In this document: positions 1 through 15,000 of the stretch, in pieces
Numbering within the stretch: the stretch's first letter is position 1
Layout: every line of letters begins with the position of its first letter
DNA from: Antedon mediterranea
Lineage: Eukaryota > Animalia > Echinodermata
DNA length: 64,000 nucleotides
Direction: 5' to 3'
NCBI RefSeq assembly: GCF_964355755.1
Contig: NC_092679.1
Location: forward strand, 8,710,201-8,774,200
Program-made: the position numbers and the translations under genes
The notes under the pieces: generated by a model
Told to the model about the DNA's origin: nothing
Database searches by the model: none
What the model saw: only the letters and a program-made list of their open reading frames with translations

Positions 1-3000
1 ATGGTCTAAAACGTCTACAATAGCGATTTGAAGCTTTTCTGTACACTTTGGTGTATTTATGTTAACAAGTTTTTTCGAAAATCACAAAATGGTCTAAAAC
101 GTCTCCAAATGCGATTTGAAGCTTTTTTAAGCACTTTGGTGTTTTTATCTTAACAAGTTTTTTCGAAAATCACAAAATGGTCTAAAACGTCTCCAAATGC
201 GATTTGAAGCTATTCTAAGCACTTTGGTGTTTTTATGTTAACAAGTTTTTTCAAAAATCACAAAACGGTCTAAAACGTCTCCAAATGCGATTTGAAGCTA
301 TTCTGTACACTTTGATGTTTTTATGTTAACAAGTTTTTTCAAAAATCACAAAATGGTCTAAAACGTTTCCAAATGCGATTTGAAGCTATTCAAATAGCAT
401 TTGATGTTTTGTGTGAAAATTTTCTGTCGAAATGCTCAAAATGGTCAAAAACGTTTTTAAATACGATATTAAGCTACTTTGTGCTCTTTGATGTTTTTGT
501 GTGAAAAGTTTTATCGAAATGCTCAAAATGGTCTAAAACGGTTGCTAATGTGATTTCAAGCACTTTGATGTTTTTGTGTAACCAAGTTTTTCGAAAATCA
601 CAAAATTGTCTAAAACGTCTCCAAATGCGATTTGAAGCTATTCTGTACACTTTGATGTTTTTATGTTAACAAGTTTTTTCGAAAATCACAAAAGAGTCTA
701 AAATATCTCGAAATGCGATTTGAAGCTATTCTAAGCACTTTGGTGTTTTTATGTTAACAAGTTTTTTCGAAATCACAAAATGGTCTAAAATGTCTCCAAA
801 TGCGATTTGAAGCTAATCTTAGCACATTGGTGTTTTTATGTTAACAAGTTTTTTCGAAAATCACAAAATGGTCTAAAACGACTCCAAATGCGATTTGAAG
901 CTATTCTGTATACTTTGGTGTTTTTATGTTAACAAGTTTTTTCGAAAATCACAAAATGGTCTAAAACGTCTCCAAATGCGATTTGAAGCTATTCTAAGCA
1001 CTTTGGTGTTTTTATGTTAACAAGTTTTTTCGAAAATCACAAAATGGTCTAAAACGTCTCCAAATGCGATTTGAAGCTATTCTGTACACTTTGATGTTTT
1101 TATGTTAAAAAGTTTTTTCGAAAATCACAAAATGGTCTAAAACGTCTCCAAATGCGATTTTAAGCTATTCTAAGCACTTTGGTGTTTTTATGTTAACAAG
1201 TTTTTTGGAAAATCACAAAATGGTCTAAAACGTCTCTAAATGCGATTTGAAGCTTTTCTGTACACTTTGATGTTTTTAAGTTAACAACTTTTTTCGAAAA
1301 TCACAAAATGGTCTAAAATGTCTCCAAAATGCGATTTGAAGCTATTCTAAGCACTTTGGTGTTTTTATGGAAATAATTTTTTTCGAAAATCACAAAATGG
1401 TCTAAAACGTCTCCAATAGCGATTTGAAGCTTTTCTGTACACTTTGGTGTTTTTATGTTAACAAGTTTTTTCGAAAATCACAAAATGGTCTAAAACGTCT
1501 CCAAATGCGATTTGAAGCTATTCTGTACACTTTGATGTTTTTATGTTAACAAGTTTTTTCGAAAATCACAAAATGGTCTAAAACGTCTAGAAATGCGATT
1601 TGAAGCTATTCTGTACACTTTGATGTTTTTATGTTAAGTTTTTTCGAAAATCACAAAATGGTCTAAAACGTTTCCAAATGCGATTTTAAGCTATTCTGTA
1701 CACTTTGATGTTTTGTATGAAAATTTTCTGTCGAAATGCTCAAAATGGTCAAAAACGTTTTTAAATACGATATTAAGCTACTTTGTGCTCTTTGATGATT
1801 TTGTCTGAAATGTTTTATCGAAATGCTCAAAATGGTCTAAAACGGTTTCTAATGTGATTTCAAGCACTTTGATGTTTTTGTGTAACCAAGTTTTTCGAAA
1901 AACACAAAATTGTCTAAAACGTCTCCAAATGCGATTTGAAGCTATTCTGTACACTTTGATGTTTTTATGTTAACAAGTTTTTCGAAAATCACAAAATGGT
2001 CTAAAACGTCTCCAAATGCGATTTTAAGCTATTCTAAGCACTTTGGTGTTTTTATGTTAACAAGTTTTTTCGAAAATCACAAAATGGTCTAAAACGTCTC
2101 CAAATGCGATTTGAAGCTATTCTAAGCACTTTGGTGTTTTTATGTTAACAAGTTTTTTCAAAAATCACAAAACGGTCTAAAACGTCTCCAAATGCGATTT
2201 GAAGCTATTCTGTACACTTTGATGTTTTTATGTTAACAAGTTTTTTCAAAAATCACAAAACGGTCTAAAACGTCTCCAAATGCGATTTGAAGCTATTCTG
2301 TACACTTTGATGTTTTTATGTTAAAAAGTTTTTTCAAAAATCACAAAATGGTCTAAAACGTTTCCAAATGCGATTTGAAGCTATTCTGTACACTTTGATG
2401 TTTTTATGTTAACAAGTTTTTTCGAAAATCACAAAAGATTCTAAAATATCTCGAAATGCGATTTGAAGCTATTCTAAGCACTTTGGTGTTTTTATGTTAA
2501 CAAGTTTTTTCGAAAATCACAAAATGGTCTAAAATGTCTCCAAATGCGATTTGAAGCTAATCTTAGCACATTGGTGTTTTTATGTTAACAAGTTTTTTCG
2601 AAAATCACAAAATGGTCTAAAACGACTCCAAATGCGATTTGAAGCTATTCTGTATACTTTGGTGTTTTTATGTTAACAAGTTTTTTCGAAAATCACAAAA
2701 TGGTCTAAAACGTCTCCAAATGCGATTTGAAGCTATTCTGTACACTTTGATGTTTTTATGTTAACAAGTTTTTTCGAAAATCACAAAATGGTCTAAAACG
2801 TTTCCAAATGCGATTTGAAGCTATTCTGTACACTTTGATGTTTTGTGTGAAAATTTTCTTTCGAAATGCTCAAAATGGTCAAACACGTTTTTAAATACGA
2901 TATTAAGCTAATTTGTGCTCTTTGATGTTTTTGTGTGAAATGTTTTATCGAAATGCTCAAAATGGTCTAAAACGGTTTCTAATGTGATTTCAAGCACTTT

Positions 3001-6000
3001 GATGTTTTTGTATAACCAAGTTTTTTCGAAAATCACAAAATGGTCTAAAACGTCTCCAAATGCGATTTGAAGCTATTCTGTACACTTTGATGTTTTTATG
3101 TTAACAAGTTTTTTCGAAAATCACAAAATGGTCTAAAACGTCTACAAATGCGATTTGAAGCTATTCTGTACACTTTGATGTTTTTATGTTAACAAGTTTT
3201 TTCGAAAATCACAAAATGGTCTAAAACGTTTCCAAATGCGATTTGAAGCTATTCTGTACACTTTGATGTTTTGTGTGAAAATTTTCTGTCGAAATGATCA
3301 AAATGGTCAAAAACGTTTTTAAATACGATATTAAGCTACTTTGTGCTCTTTGATGTTTTTGTTTGAAATGTTTTATCGAAATGCTCAAAATGGTCTAAAA
3401 CGGTTTCTAATGTGATTTCAAGCACTTTGATGTTTTTGTGTAACCAAGTTTTTCGAAAATCACAAAATTGTCTAAAACGTCTCCAAATGCGATTTGAAGC
3501 TATTCTGTACACTTTGATGTTTTTATGTTAACAAGTTTTTCGAAAATCACAAAATGGTCTAAAACCTCTCCAAATGCGATTTTAAGCTATTCTAAGCACT
3601 TTGGTGTTTTTATGTTAACAAGTTTTTTTGAAAATCACAAAATGGTCTAAAACGTCTCTAAATGCGATTTGAAGCTTTTCTGTACACTTTGATGTTTTTA
3701 TGTTAACAACTTTTGTCGAAAATCACAAAATGGTCTAAAATGTCTCCAAATGCGATTTGAAGCTATTCTAAGCACTTTGGTGTTTTTATGGAAAAAATTT
3801 TTTTCGAAAATCACAAAATGGTCTAAAACGTCTCCAATAGCGATTTGAAGCTTTTCTGTACACTTTGGTGTTTTTATGTTAACAAGTTTTTTCGAAAATC
3901 ACAAAATGGTCTAAAACGTCTCCAAATGCGATTTTAAGCTATTTTAAGCACTTTGGTGTTTTTATCTTAACAAGTTTTTTCGAAAATCACAAAATGGTCT
4001 AAAACGTCTCCAAATGCGATTTGAAGCTATTCTAAGCACTTTGGTGTTTTTATGTTAACAAGTTTTTTCAAAAATCACAAAACGGTCTAAAACGTCTCCA
4101 AATGCGATTTGAAGCTATTCTGTACACTTTGATGTTTTTATGTTAAAAAGTTTTTTCAAAAATCACAAAATGGTCTAAAACGTTTCCAAATGCGATTTGA
4201 AGCTATTCTGTACACTTTGATGTTTTTATGTTAACAAGTTTTTTCGAAAATCACAAAAGATTCTAAAATATCTCGAAATGCGATTTGAAGCTATTCTAAG
4301 CACTTTGGTGTTTTTATGTTAACAAGTTTTTTCGAAAATCACAAAATGGTCTAAAATGTCTCCAAATGCGATTTGAAGCTAATCTTAGCACATTGGTGTT
4401 TTTATGTTAACAAGTTTTTTCGAAAATCACAAAATGGTCTAAAACGACTCCAAATGCGATTTGAAGCTATTCTGTATACTTTGGTGTTTTTATGTTAACA
4501 AGTTTTTTCGAAAATCACAAAATGGTCTAAAACGTCTCCAAATGCGATTTGAAGCTATTCTGTACACTTTGATGTTTTTATGTTAACAAGTTTTTTCGAA
4601 AATCACAAAATGGTCTAAAACGTTTCCAAATGCGATTTGAAGCTATTCTGTACACTTTGATGTTTTGAGTGAAAATTTTCTTTCGAAATGCTCAAAATGG
4701 TCAAAAACGTTTTTAAATACGATATTAAGCTACTTTGTGCTCTTTGATGTTTTTGTGTGAAATGTTTTATCGAAATGCTCAAAATGGTCTAAAACGGTTT
4801 CTAATGTGATTTCAAGCCCTTTGATGTTTTTGTATAACCAAGTTTTTTCGAAAATCACAAAATGGTCTAAAACGTCTCCAAATGCGATTTGAAGCTATTC
4901 TGTACACTTTGATGTTTTTATGTTAACAAGTTTTTTCGAAAATCACAAAATGGTCTAAAACGTCTACAAATGCGATTTGAAGCTATTCTGTACACTTTGA
5001 TGTTTTTATGTTAACAAGTTTTTTCGAAAATCACAAAATGGTCTAAAACGTTTCCAAATGCGATTTGAAGCTATTCTGTACACTTTGATGTTTTGTGTGA
5101 AAATTTTCTGTCGAAATGCTCAAAATGGTCAAAAACGTTTTTAAATACGATATTAAGCTACTTTGTGCTCTTTGATGTTTTTGTGTGAAATGTTTTATCG
5201 AAATGCTCAAAATGGTCTAAAACGGTTTCTAATGTGATTTCAAGCACTTTGATGTTTTTGTGTAACCAAGTTTTTCGAAAATCACAAAATTGTCTAAAAC
5301 GTCTCCAAATGCGATTTGAAGCTATTCGGTACACTTTGATGTTTTTATGTCAACAAGTTTTTCGAAAATCACAAAATGGTCTAAAACGTCTCCAAATGCG
5401 ATTTTAAGCTATTCTAAGCACTTTGGTGTTTTTATGTTAACAAGTTTTTTTGAAAATCACAAAATGGTCTAAAACGTCTCTAAATGCGATTTGAAGCTTT
5501 TCTGTACACTTTGATGTTTTTATGTTAACAACTTTTTTCGAAAATCAAAAAATGGTCTAAAATGTCTCCAAATGAGATTTGAAGCTATTCTAAGCACTTT
5601 GGTGTTTTTATGGAAACAATTTTTTTGGAAAATCACAAAATGGTCTAAAACGTCTCCAATAGCGATTTGAAGCTTTTCTGTACACTTTGGTGTTTTTATG
5701 TTAACAAGTTTTTTCGAAAATCACAAAATGGTCTAAAACGTCTCCAAATGCGATTTGAAGCTATTCTGTACACTTTGATGTTTTTATGTTAACTAGTTTT
5801 TTCGAAAATCACAAAATGGTCTAAAACGTCTACAAATGCGATTTGAAGCTATTCTGTACACTTTGATGTTTTTATGTTAACAAGTTTTTTCGAAAATCAC
5901 AAAATGGTCTAAAACGTTTCCAAATGCGATTTGAAGCTATTCTGTACACTTTGATGTTTTTATGTTAACAAGTTTTTTCGAAAATCACAAAATGGTCTAA

Positions 6001-9000
6001 AACGTCTCCAAATTCGATTTGAAGCTATTCTGTACACTTTGATGTTTTTATGTTAACTAGTTTTTTCGAAAATCACAAAATGGTCTAAAACGTCTACAAA
6101 TGCGATTTGAAGCTATTCTGTACACTTTGATGTTTTTATGTTAACAAGTTTTTTCGAAAATCACAAAATGGTCTAAAACGTTTCCAAATGCGATTTGAAG
6201 CTATTCGGTACACTTTGATGTTTTGTGTGAAAATTTTCTGTCGAAATGCTCAAAATCGTTTTTAAATACGATATTAAGCTACTTTGTGCTCTTTGATGTT
6301 TTTGTGTGAAATGTTTTATTGAAATGCTCAAAATGGTCTAAAACGGTTTCTAATGTGATTTCAAGCACTTTGATGTTTTTGTATAACCAAGTTTTTCGAA
6401 AATCACAAAATTGTCTAAAACGTCTCCAAATGCGATTTGAAGCTATTCTGTACACTTTGATGTTTTTATGTTAACAAGTTTTTCGAAAATCACAAAATGG
6501 TCTAAAACGTCTCCAAATGCGATTTTAAGCTATTCTAAGCACTTTGGTGTTTTTATGTTAACAAGTTTTTCGAAAATCACAAAATTGTCTAAAACGTCTC
6601 CAAATGCGATTTGAAGCTATTCTGTACACTTTGATGTTTTTATGTTAACAAGTTTTTCGAAAATCACAAAATGGTCTAAAACGTCTCCAAATGCGATTTT
6701 AAGCTATTCTAAGCACTTTGGTGTTTTTATGTTAACAAGTTTTTTCGAAAATCACAAAATGGTCTAAAACGTCTCCAAATGCGATTTGAAGCTATTCTAA
6801 GCACTTTGGTGTTTTTATGTTAACAAGTTTTTTCGAAAATCACAAAATGGTCTAAAACGTCTCCAAATGCGATTTGAAGCTATTCTGTACACTTTGATGT
6901 TTTTATGTTAACAAGTTTTTTCGAAAATCACAAAATGGTCTAAAACGTCTCCAAATGCGATTTGAAGCTATTCTGTACACTTTGATGTTTTTATGTTAAC
7001 AAGTTTTTTCGAAAATCACAAAATGGTCTAAAACGTCTCCAAATGCGATTTGAAGCTATTCTGTACACTTTGATGTTTTTATGTTAACAAGTTTTTTCGA
7101 AAATCACAAAATGGTCTAAAACGTTTCCAAATGCGATTTGAAGCTATTCTGTACACTTTGATGTTTTGTGTGAAAATTTTCTGTCGAAATGCTCAAAATG
7201 GTCAAAAACGTTTTTAAATACGATATTAAGCTACTTTGTGCTCTTTGATGTTTTTGTATGAAATGTTTTATCGAAATGCTCAAAATGGTCTAAAACGGTT
7301 TCTAATAGTGATTTCAAGCACTTTGATGTTTTTGTGTAACCAAGTTTTTCGAAAATCACAAAATTGTCTAAACGTCTCCAAATGCGATTTGAAGCTATTC
7401 TGTACACTTTGATGTTTTTATGTTAACAAGTTTTTCGAAAATCACAAAATGGTCTAAAACGTCTCCAAATGCGATTTGAAGCTATTTTAAGCACTTAGGT
7501 GCTTTTGTGTAACCAAGTTTTTTCGAAAATCACAAAAGGGTCTAAAATGTCTCCAAATGTGATTTGAAGCTATTTTAAGCACTTTGGTGTTTTTGTGTTA
7601 ACAAGTTTTTCGAAAATCACAAAATTGTCTAAAACGTCTCCAAATGCGATTTGAAGCTATTCTGTACACTTTGATGTTTTTATGTTAACAAGTTTTTTAG
7701 AAAATCACAAAATGGTCTAAAATGTCTCCAAATGCGATTTGAAGCTATTCTAAACACTTTGGTGTTTTTATGTTAACATGTTTTTTCGAAAATCACAAAA
7801 TGGTCTAAAACGTCTCCAAATGCGATTTGAAGCTATTTTAAGCACTTTGGTGTTTTTGTGTTAACAAGTTTTTCGAAATGCTCAAAATGGTCTAAAACGT
7901 CTCCAAATGCGATTTGAAGCTATTCTAAGCACTTTGGTGTTTTTATGTTAACAAGTTTTTTCGAAAATCACAAAATGGTCTAAAACGTCTCCAAATGCGA
8001 TTTGGAGCTATTCTGTACACTTTGATGTTTTTATGTTAACAAGTTTTTTCGAAAATCACAAAATGGTCTAAAACGTTTCCAAATGCGATTTGAAGCTATT
8101 CTGTACACTTTGATGTTTTGTGTGAAAATTTTCTGTCGAAATGCTCAAAATGGTCAAAAACGTTTTTAAATACGATATTAAGCTACTTTGTGCTCTTTGA
8201 TGTTTTTGTGTGAAATGTTTTATCGAAATGCTCAAAATGGTCTAAAACGGTTTCTAATGTGATTTCAAGAACTTTGATGTTTTTGTGTAACCAAGTTTTT
8301 CGAAAATCACAAAATTGTCTAAAACGTCTCGAAATGCGATTTGAAGCTATTCTGTACACTTTGATGTTTTTATGTTAACAAGTTTTTCGAAGATCACAAA
8401 ATGGTCTAAAACGTCTCCAAATGCGATTTTAAGCTATTCTAAGCACTTTGGTGTTTTTATGTTAACAAGTTTTTTTGAAAATCACAAAATGGTCTAAAAC
8501 GTCTCTAAATGCGATTTGAAGCTTTTCTGTACACTTTAATGTTTTTATGTTAACAACTTTTTTCGAAAATCACAAAATGGTCTAAAACGTCTCCAATAGC
8601 GATTTGAAGCTTTTCTGTACACTTTGGTGTTTTTATGTTAACAAGTTTTTTTCGAAAATCACAAAATGGTCTAAAACGTCTCCAAATGCGATTTGAAGCT
8701 ATTCTGTACACTTTGATGTTTTTATGTTAACAAGTTTTTTCGAAAATCACAAAATGGTCTAAAACGTCTACAAATGCGATTTGAAGCTATTCTAAGCACT
8801 TTTGTGTTTTTATGTTAACAAGTTTTTTCGAAAATCACAAAATGGTCTAAAACGTCTGCAAATGCGATTTGAAGCTATTCTTAGCACATTGGTGTTTTTA
8901 TTTAAACAAATTTTTTCGAAACTCACAAAATGGTCTAAAACGTCTCCAAATGCGATTTGAAGCTATTTTAAGCACTTTGGTGTTTTTGTGTTAACAAGTT

Positions 9001-12000
9001 TTTCTAAATGCTCAAAATGGTCTAAAACGTTTTTAAACACGATATTAAGCTATTTTGTGCTCTTTGATGTTTTTTTGTGAAAAGTTTTAGCGAAATGCTC
9101 AAAATGGTCTAAAACGATTTCTAATGTGATTTTAAGCACTTTGATGTTTTTATGTTAACTAGTTTTTTCGAAAATCAAAAATGGTCTAAAACGTCTCCAA
9201 ATGTGATTTGAAGCTATTCTAAGCACTTTGGTGTTTTTATGTTAACAGTTTTTTCGAAAATCACAAAATGGTCTAAAACGTTTACAAATGCGATTTGAAG
9301 CTATTCTGTACACTTTGATGTTTTTATGGTAACAAGTTTTTTAGAAAATCACAAAATGGTCTAAAACGTTTCAAAATGCGATTTGAAGCTATTCTGTACA
9401 CTTTGATGTTTTGTGTGAAAATTTTCTGTCGAAATGCTCAAAATGGTCAAAAACGTTTTTAAATACGATATTAAGCTACTTTGTGCTCTTTGATGTTTTT
9501 GTGTGAAATGTTTTATCGAAATGCTCAAAATGGTCTAAAACGCTTTCTAATGTGATTTCAAGCACTTTGATGTTTTTGTATAACCAAGTTTTTCGAAAAT
9601 CACAAAATTGTCTAAAACGTCTCCAAATGCAATTTGAAGCTATTCTGTACACTTTGATGTTTTTATGTTAACAAGTTTTTCGAAAATCACAAAATGGTCT
9701 AAAACGTCTCCAAATGCGATTTTAAGCTATTCTAAGCACTTTGGTGTTTTTATGTTAACAAGTTTTTCGAAAATCACAAAATTGTCTAAAACGTCTCCAA
9801 ATGCGATTTGAAGCTATTCTGTACACTTTGATGTTTTTATGTTAACAACTTTTTTCGAAAATCACAAAATGGTCTAAAATGTCTCCAAAATGCGATTTGA
9901 AGTTATTCTAAGCACTTTGGTGTTTTTATGGAAACAATTTTTTTCGAAAATCACAAAATGGTCTAAAACGTCTCCAATAACGATTTGAAGCTTTTCTGTA
10001 CACTTTGGTGTTTTTATGTTAACAAGTTTTTTCGAAAATCACAAAATGGTCTAAAACGTCTACAAATGCGATTTGAAGCTATTCTAAGCACTTTTGTGTT
10101 TTTATGTTAACAAGTTTTTTCGAAAATCACAAAATGGTCTAAAACGTCTGCAAATGCGATTTGAAGCTATTCTTAGCACATTGGTGTTTTTATTTAAACA
10201 AATTTTTTCGAAACTCACAAAATGGTCTAAAACGTCTCCAAATGCGATTGCAAGCTATTTTAAGCACTTTGGTATTTTTGTGTTAACAAGTTTTTCGAAA
10301 TGCTCAAAATGGTCTAAAACGTTTTTAAACACGATATTAAGCTATTTTGTGCTCTTTGATTTTTTTTTGTGAAAAGTTTTAGCGAAATGCTCAAAATGGT
10401 CTAAAACGATTTCTAATGTGATTTTAAGGACTTTGATGTTTTTATGTTAACTAGTTTTTTCGAAAATCACAAAATGGTCTAAAACGTCTCCAAATGCGAT
10501 TTGAAGCTATTTTAAGCACTTAGGTGCTTTTGTGTAACCAAGTTTTTTCGAAAATCACAAAAAGGTCTAAAATGTCTCCAAATGTGATTTGAAGCTATTT
10601 TAAGCACTTTGGTGTTTTTGTGTTAACAAGTTTTTCGAAAATCACAAAATTGTCTAAAACGTCTCCAAATGCGATTTGAAGCTATTCTGTACACTTTGAT
10701 GTTTTTATGTTAACAAGTATTTTAGAAAATCACAAAATGGTCTATAATGTCTCTAAATGCGATTTGAAGCTATTCTAAGCACTTTGGTGTTTTTATGTTA
10801 ACAAGTTTTTTCGAAAATCACAAAATGGTCTAAAACGTCTCCAAATGCGATTTGAAGCTATTTTAAGCACTTTGGTGTTTTTGTGTTAACAAGTTTTTCG
10901 AAATGCTCAAAATGGTCTAAAACGTCTCCAAATGCGATTTGAAGCTATTCTAAGCACTTTGGTGTTTTTATGTTAACAAGTTTTTTCGAAAATCACAAAA
11001 TGGTCTAAAACGTCTCCAAATGCGATTTGAAGCTATTCTGTACACCTTGATGTTTTTATGTTAACAAGTTTTTTCGAAAATCACAAAATGGTCTAAAACG
11101 TTTCCAAATGCGATTTGAAGCTATTCTGTACACTTTGATGTTTTGTGTGAAAATTTTCTGTCGAAATGCTCAAAATGGTCAAAAACGTTTTTAAATACGA
11201 TATTAAGCTACTTTGTGCTCTTTGATGTTTTTGTGTGAAATGTTTTATCGAAATGCTCAAAATGGTCTAAAACGGTTTCTAATGTGATTTCAAGCACTTT
11301 GATGTTTTTGTGTAACCAAGTTTTTCGAAAATCACAAAATTGTCTAAAACGTCTCCAAATGCGATTTGAAGCTATTCTGTACACTTTAATGTTTTTATGT
11401 TAACAAGTTTTTTCGAAAATCACAAAATGGTCTAAAACGTCTCCAAATGCGATTTGAAGCTATTCTGTACACTTTGATGTTTTTATGTTAACTAGTTTTT
11501 TCGAAAATCACAAAATGGTCTAAAACGTCTACAAATGCGATTTGAAGCTATTCTGTACACTTTGATGTTTTTATGTTAACAAGTTTTTTGGAAAATCACA
11601 AAATGGTCTAAAACGTTTCCAAATGCGATTTGAAGCTATTCTGTACACTTTGATGTTTTGTGTGAAAATTTTATGTCGAAATGCTCAAAATGGTCAAAAA
11701 CGTTTTTAAATACGATATTAAGCTACTTTGTGCTCTTTGATGTTTTTGTGTGAAATGTTTTATCGAAATGCTCAAAATGGTCTAAAACGGTTTCTAATGT
11801 GATTTCAAGCACTTTGATGTTTTTGTATAACCAAGTTTTTTCGAAAATCACAAAATGGTCTAAAACGTCTCCAAATGCGATTTGAAGCTATTCTGTACAC
11901 TTTGATGTTTTTATGTTAACAAGTTTTTTCGAAAATCACAAAATGGTCTAAAACGTCTCCAAATGCGATTTGAAGCTATTCTGTACACTTTGATGTTTTT

Positions 12001-15000
12001 ATGTTAACAAGTTTTTTCGAAAATCACAAAATGGTCTAAAACGTTTCCAAATGCGATTTGAAGCTATTCTGTACACTTTGATGTTTTGTGTGAAAATTTT
12101 CTGTCGAAATGCTCAAAATGGTCAAAAACGTTTTTAAATACGATATTAAGCTACTTTGTGCTCTTTGATGTTTTTGTGTGAAATGTTTTATCGAAATGCT
12201 CAAAATGGTCTAAAACGGTTTCTAATGTGATTTCAAGCACTTTGATGTTTTTGTGTAACCAAGTTTTTCGAAAATCACAAAATTGTCTAAAACGTCTCCA
12301 AATGCGATTTGAAGCTATTCTGTACACTTTGATGTTTTTATGTTAACAAGTTTTTCGAAAATCACAAAATGGTCTAAAACGTCTCCAAATGCGATTTTAA
12401 GCTATTCTAAGCACTTTGGTGTTTTTATGTTAACAAGTTTTTTTGAAAATCACAAAATGTTCTAAAACGTCTCTAAATGCGATTTGAAGCTTTTCTGTAC
12501 ACTTTGATGTTTTTATGTTAACAACTTTTTTCGAAAATCACAAAATGGTCTAAAATGTCTCCAAATGCGATTTGAAGCTATTCTAAGCACTTTGGTGTTT
12601 TTATGTTAACAAGTTTTTTCGAAAATCACAAAATGGTATAAAACGTCTCCAAATGCGATTTGAAGCTATTCTAAGCACTTTGGTGTTTTTATGTTAACAA
12701 GTTTTTTCGAAAATCACAAAATGGTCTAAAACGTTTCCAAATGCGATTTGAAGCTATTCTGTACACTTTGATGTTTTGTGTGAAAATTTTCTTTCGAAAT
12801 GCTCAAAATGGTCAAAAACGTTTTTAAATACGATATTAAGCTACTTTGTGCTCTTTGATGTTTTTGTGTGAAATGTTTTATCGAAATGCTCAAAATGGTC
12901 TAAAACGGTTTCTAATGTGATTTCAAGCACTTTGATGTTTTTGTGTAACCAAGTTTTTCGAAAATCACAAAATTGTCTAAAACGTCTCCAAATGCGATTT
13001 GAAGCTATTCTGTACACTTTGATGTTTTTATGTTAACAAGTTTTTCGAAAATCACAAAATGGTCTAAAACGTCTCCAAATGCGATTTTAAGCTATTCTAA
13101 GCACTTTGGTGTTTTTATGTTAACAAGTTTTTTTGAAAATCACAAAATGGTCTAAAACGTCTCTAAATGCGATTTGAAGCTTTTCTGTACACTTTGATGT
13201 TTTTATGTTAACAACTTTTTTCGAAAATCACAAAATGGTCTAAAATGTCTCCAAATGCGATTTGAAGCTATTCTAAGCACTTTGGTGTTTTTATGGAAAC
13301 AATTTTTTTCGAAAATCACAAAATGGTCTAAAACGTCTCCAATAGCGATTTGAAGCTTTTCTGTACACTTTGGTGTTTTTATGTTAACAAGTTTTTTCGA
13401 AAATCACAAAATGGTCTAAAACGTCTCCAAATGCGATTTGAAGCTATTCTGTACACTTTGATGTTTTTATGTTAACTAGTTTTTTCGAAAATCACAAAAT
13501 GGTCTAAAACGTCTACAAATGCGATTTGAAGCTATTCTGTACACTTTGATGTTTTTATGTTAACAAGTTTTTTCGAAAATCACAAAATGGTCTAAAACGT
13601 TTCCAAATGCGATTTGAAGCTATTCTGTACACTTTGATGTTTTGTGTGAAAATTTTCTGTCGAAATGCTCAAAATGGTCAAAAACGTTTTTAAATACGAT
13701 ATTAAGCTACTTTGTGCTCTTTGATGTTTTTGTGTGAAATGTTTTATCGAAATGCTCAAAATGGTCTAAAACGGTTTCTACTGTGATTTCAAGCACTTTG
13801 ATGTTTTTGTATAACCAAGTTTTTCGAAAATCACAAAATTGTCTAAAACGTCTCAAAATGCAATTTGAAGCTATTCTGTACACTTTGATGTTTTTATGTT
13901 AAGTTTTTCGAAAATCACAAAATGGTCTAAAACGTCTCCAAATGCGATTTTAAGCTATTCTAAGCACTTTGGTGTTTTTATGTTAACAAGTTTTTCGAAA
14001 ATCACAAAATTGTCTAAAACGTCTCCAAATGCGATTTGAAGCTATTCTGTACACTTTGATGTTTTTATGTTAACAACTTTTTTCGAAAATCACAAAATGG
14101 TCTAAAATGTCTCCAAAATGCGATTTGAAGTTATTCTAAGCACTTTGGTGTTTTTATGGAAACAATTTTTTTCGAAAATCACAAAATGGTCTAAAACGTC
14201 TCCAATAGCGATTTGAAGCTTTTCTGTACACTTTGGTGTTTTTACGTTAACAAGTTTTTTCGAAAATCACAAAATGGTCTAAAACGTCTACAAATGCGAT
14301 TTGAAGCTATTCTAAGCACTTTTGTGTTTTTATGTTAACAAGTTTTTTCAAAAATCACAAAATGGTCTAAAACGTCTGCAAATGCGATTTGAAGCTATTC
14401 TTAGCACATTGGTGTTTTTATTTAAACAAATTTTTTCGAAACTCACAAAATGGTCTAAAACGTCTCCAAATGCGATTGCAAGCTATTTTAAGCACTTTGG
14501 TATTTTTGTGTTAACAAGTTTTTCGAAATGCTCAAAATGGTCTAAAACGTTTTTAAACACGATATTAAGCTATTTTGTGCTCTTTGATTTTTTTTGTGAA
14601 AAGTTTTAGCGAAATGCTCAAAATGGTCTAAAACGATTTCTAATGTGATTTTAAGGACTTTGATGTTTTTATGTTAAAAAGTTTTTTCAAAAATCACAAC
14701 ATGGTCTAAAACGTTTCCAAATGCGATTTGAAGCTATTTTAAGCACTTTGATGTTTTTATGTTAACAAGTTTTTTCGAAAATCACAAAAGATTCTAAAAT
14801 ATCTCGAAATGCGATTTGAAGCTATTCTAAGCACTTTGGTGTTTTTATGTTAACAAGTTTTTTCGAAAATCACAAAATGGTCTAAAATGTCTCCAAATGC
14901 GATTTGAAGCTAATCTTAGCACATTGGTGTTTTTATGTTAACAAGTTTTTTCGAAAATCACAAAATGGTCTAAAACGACTCCAAATGCGATTTGAAGCTA

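Noticed and set aside
72-92. CENP-B box in the monomer (TTCG...)
   Set aside because: TTCG is present but the required downstream CGGG is absent.
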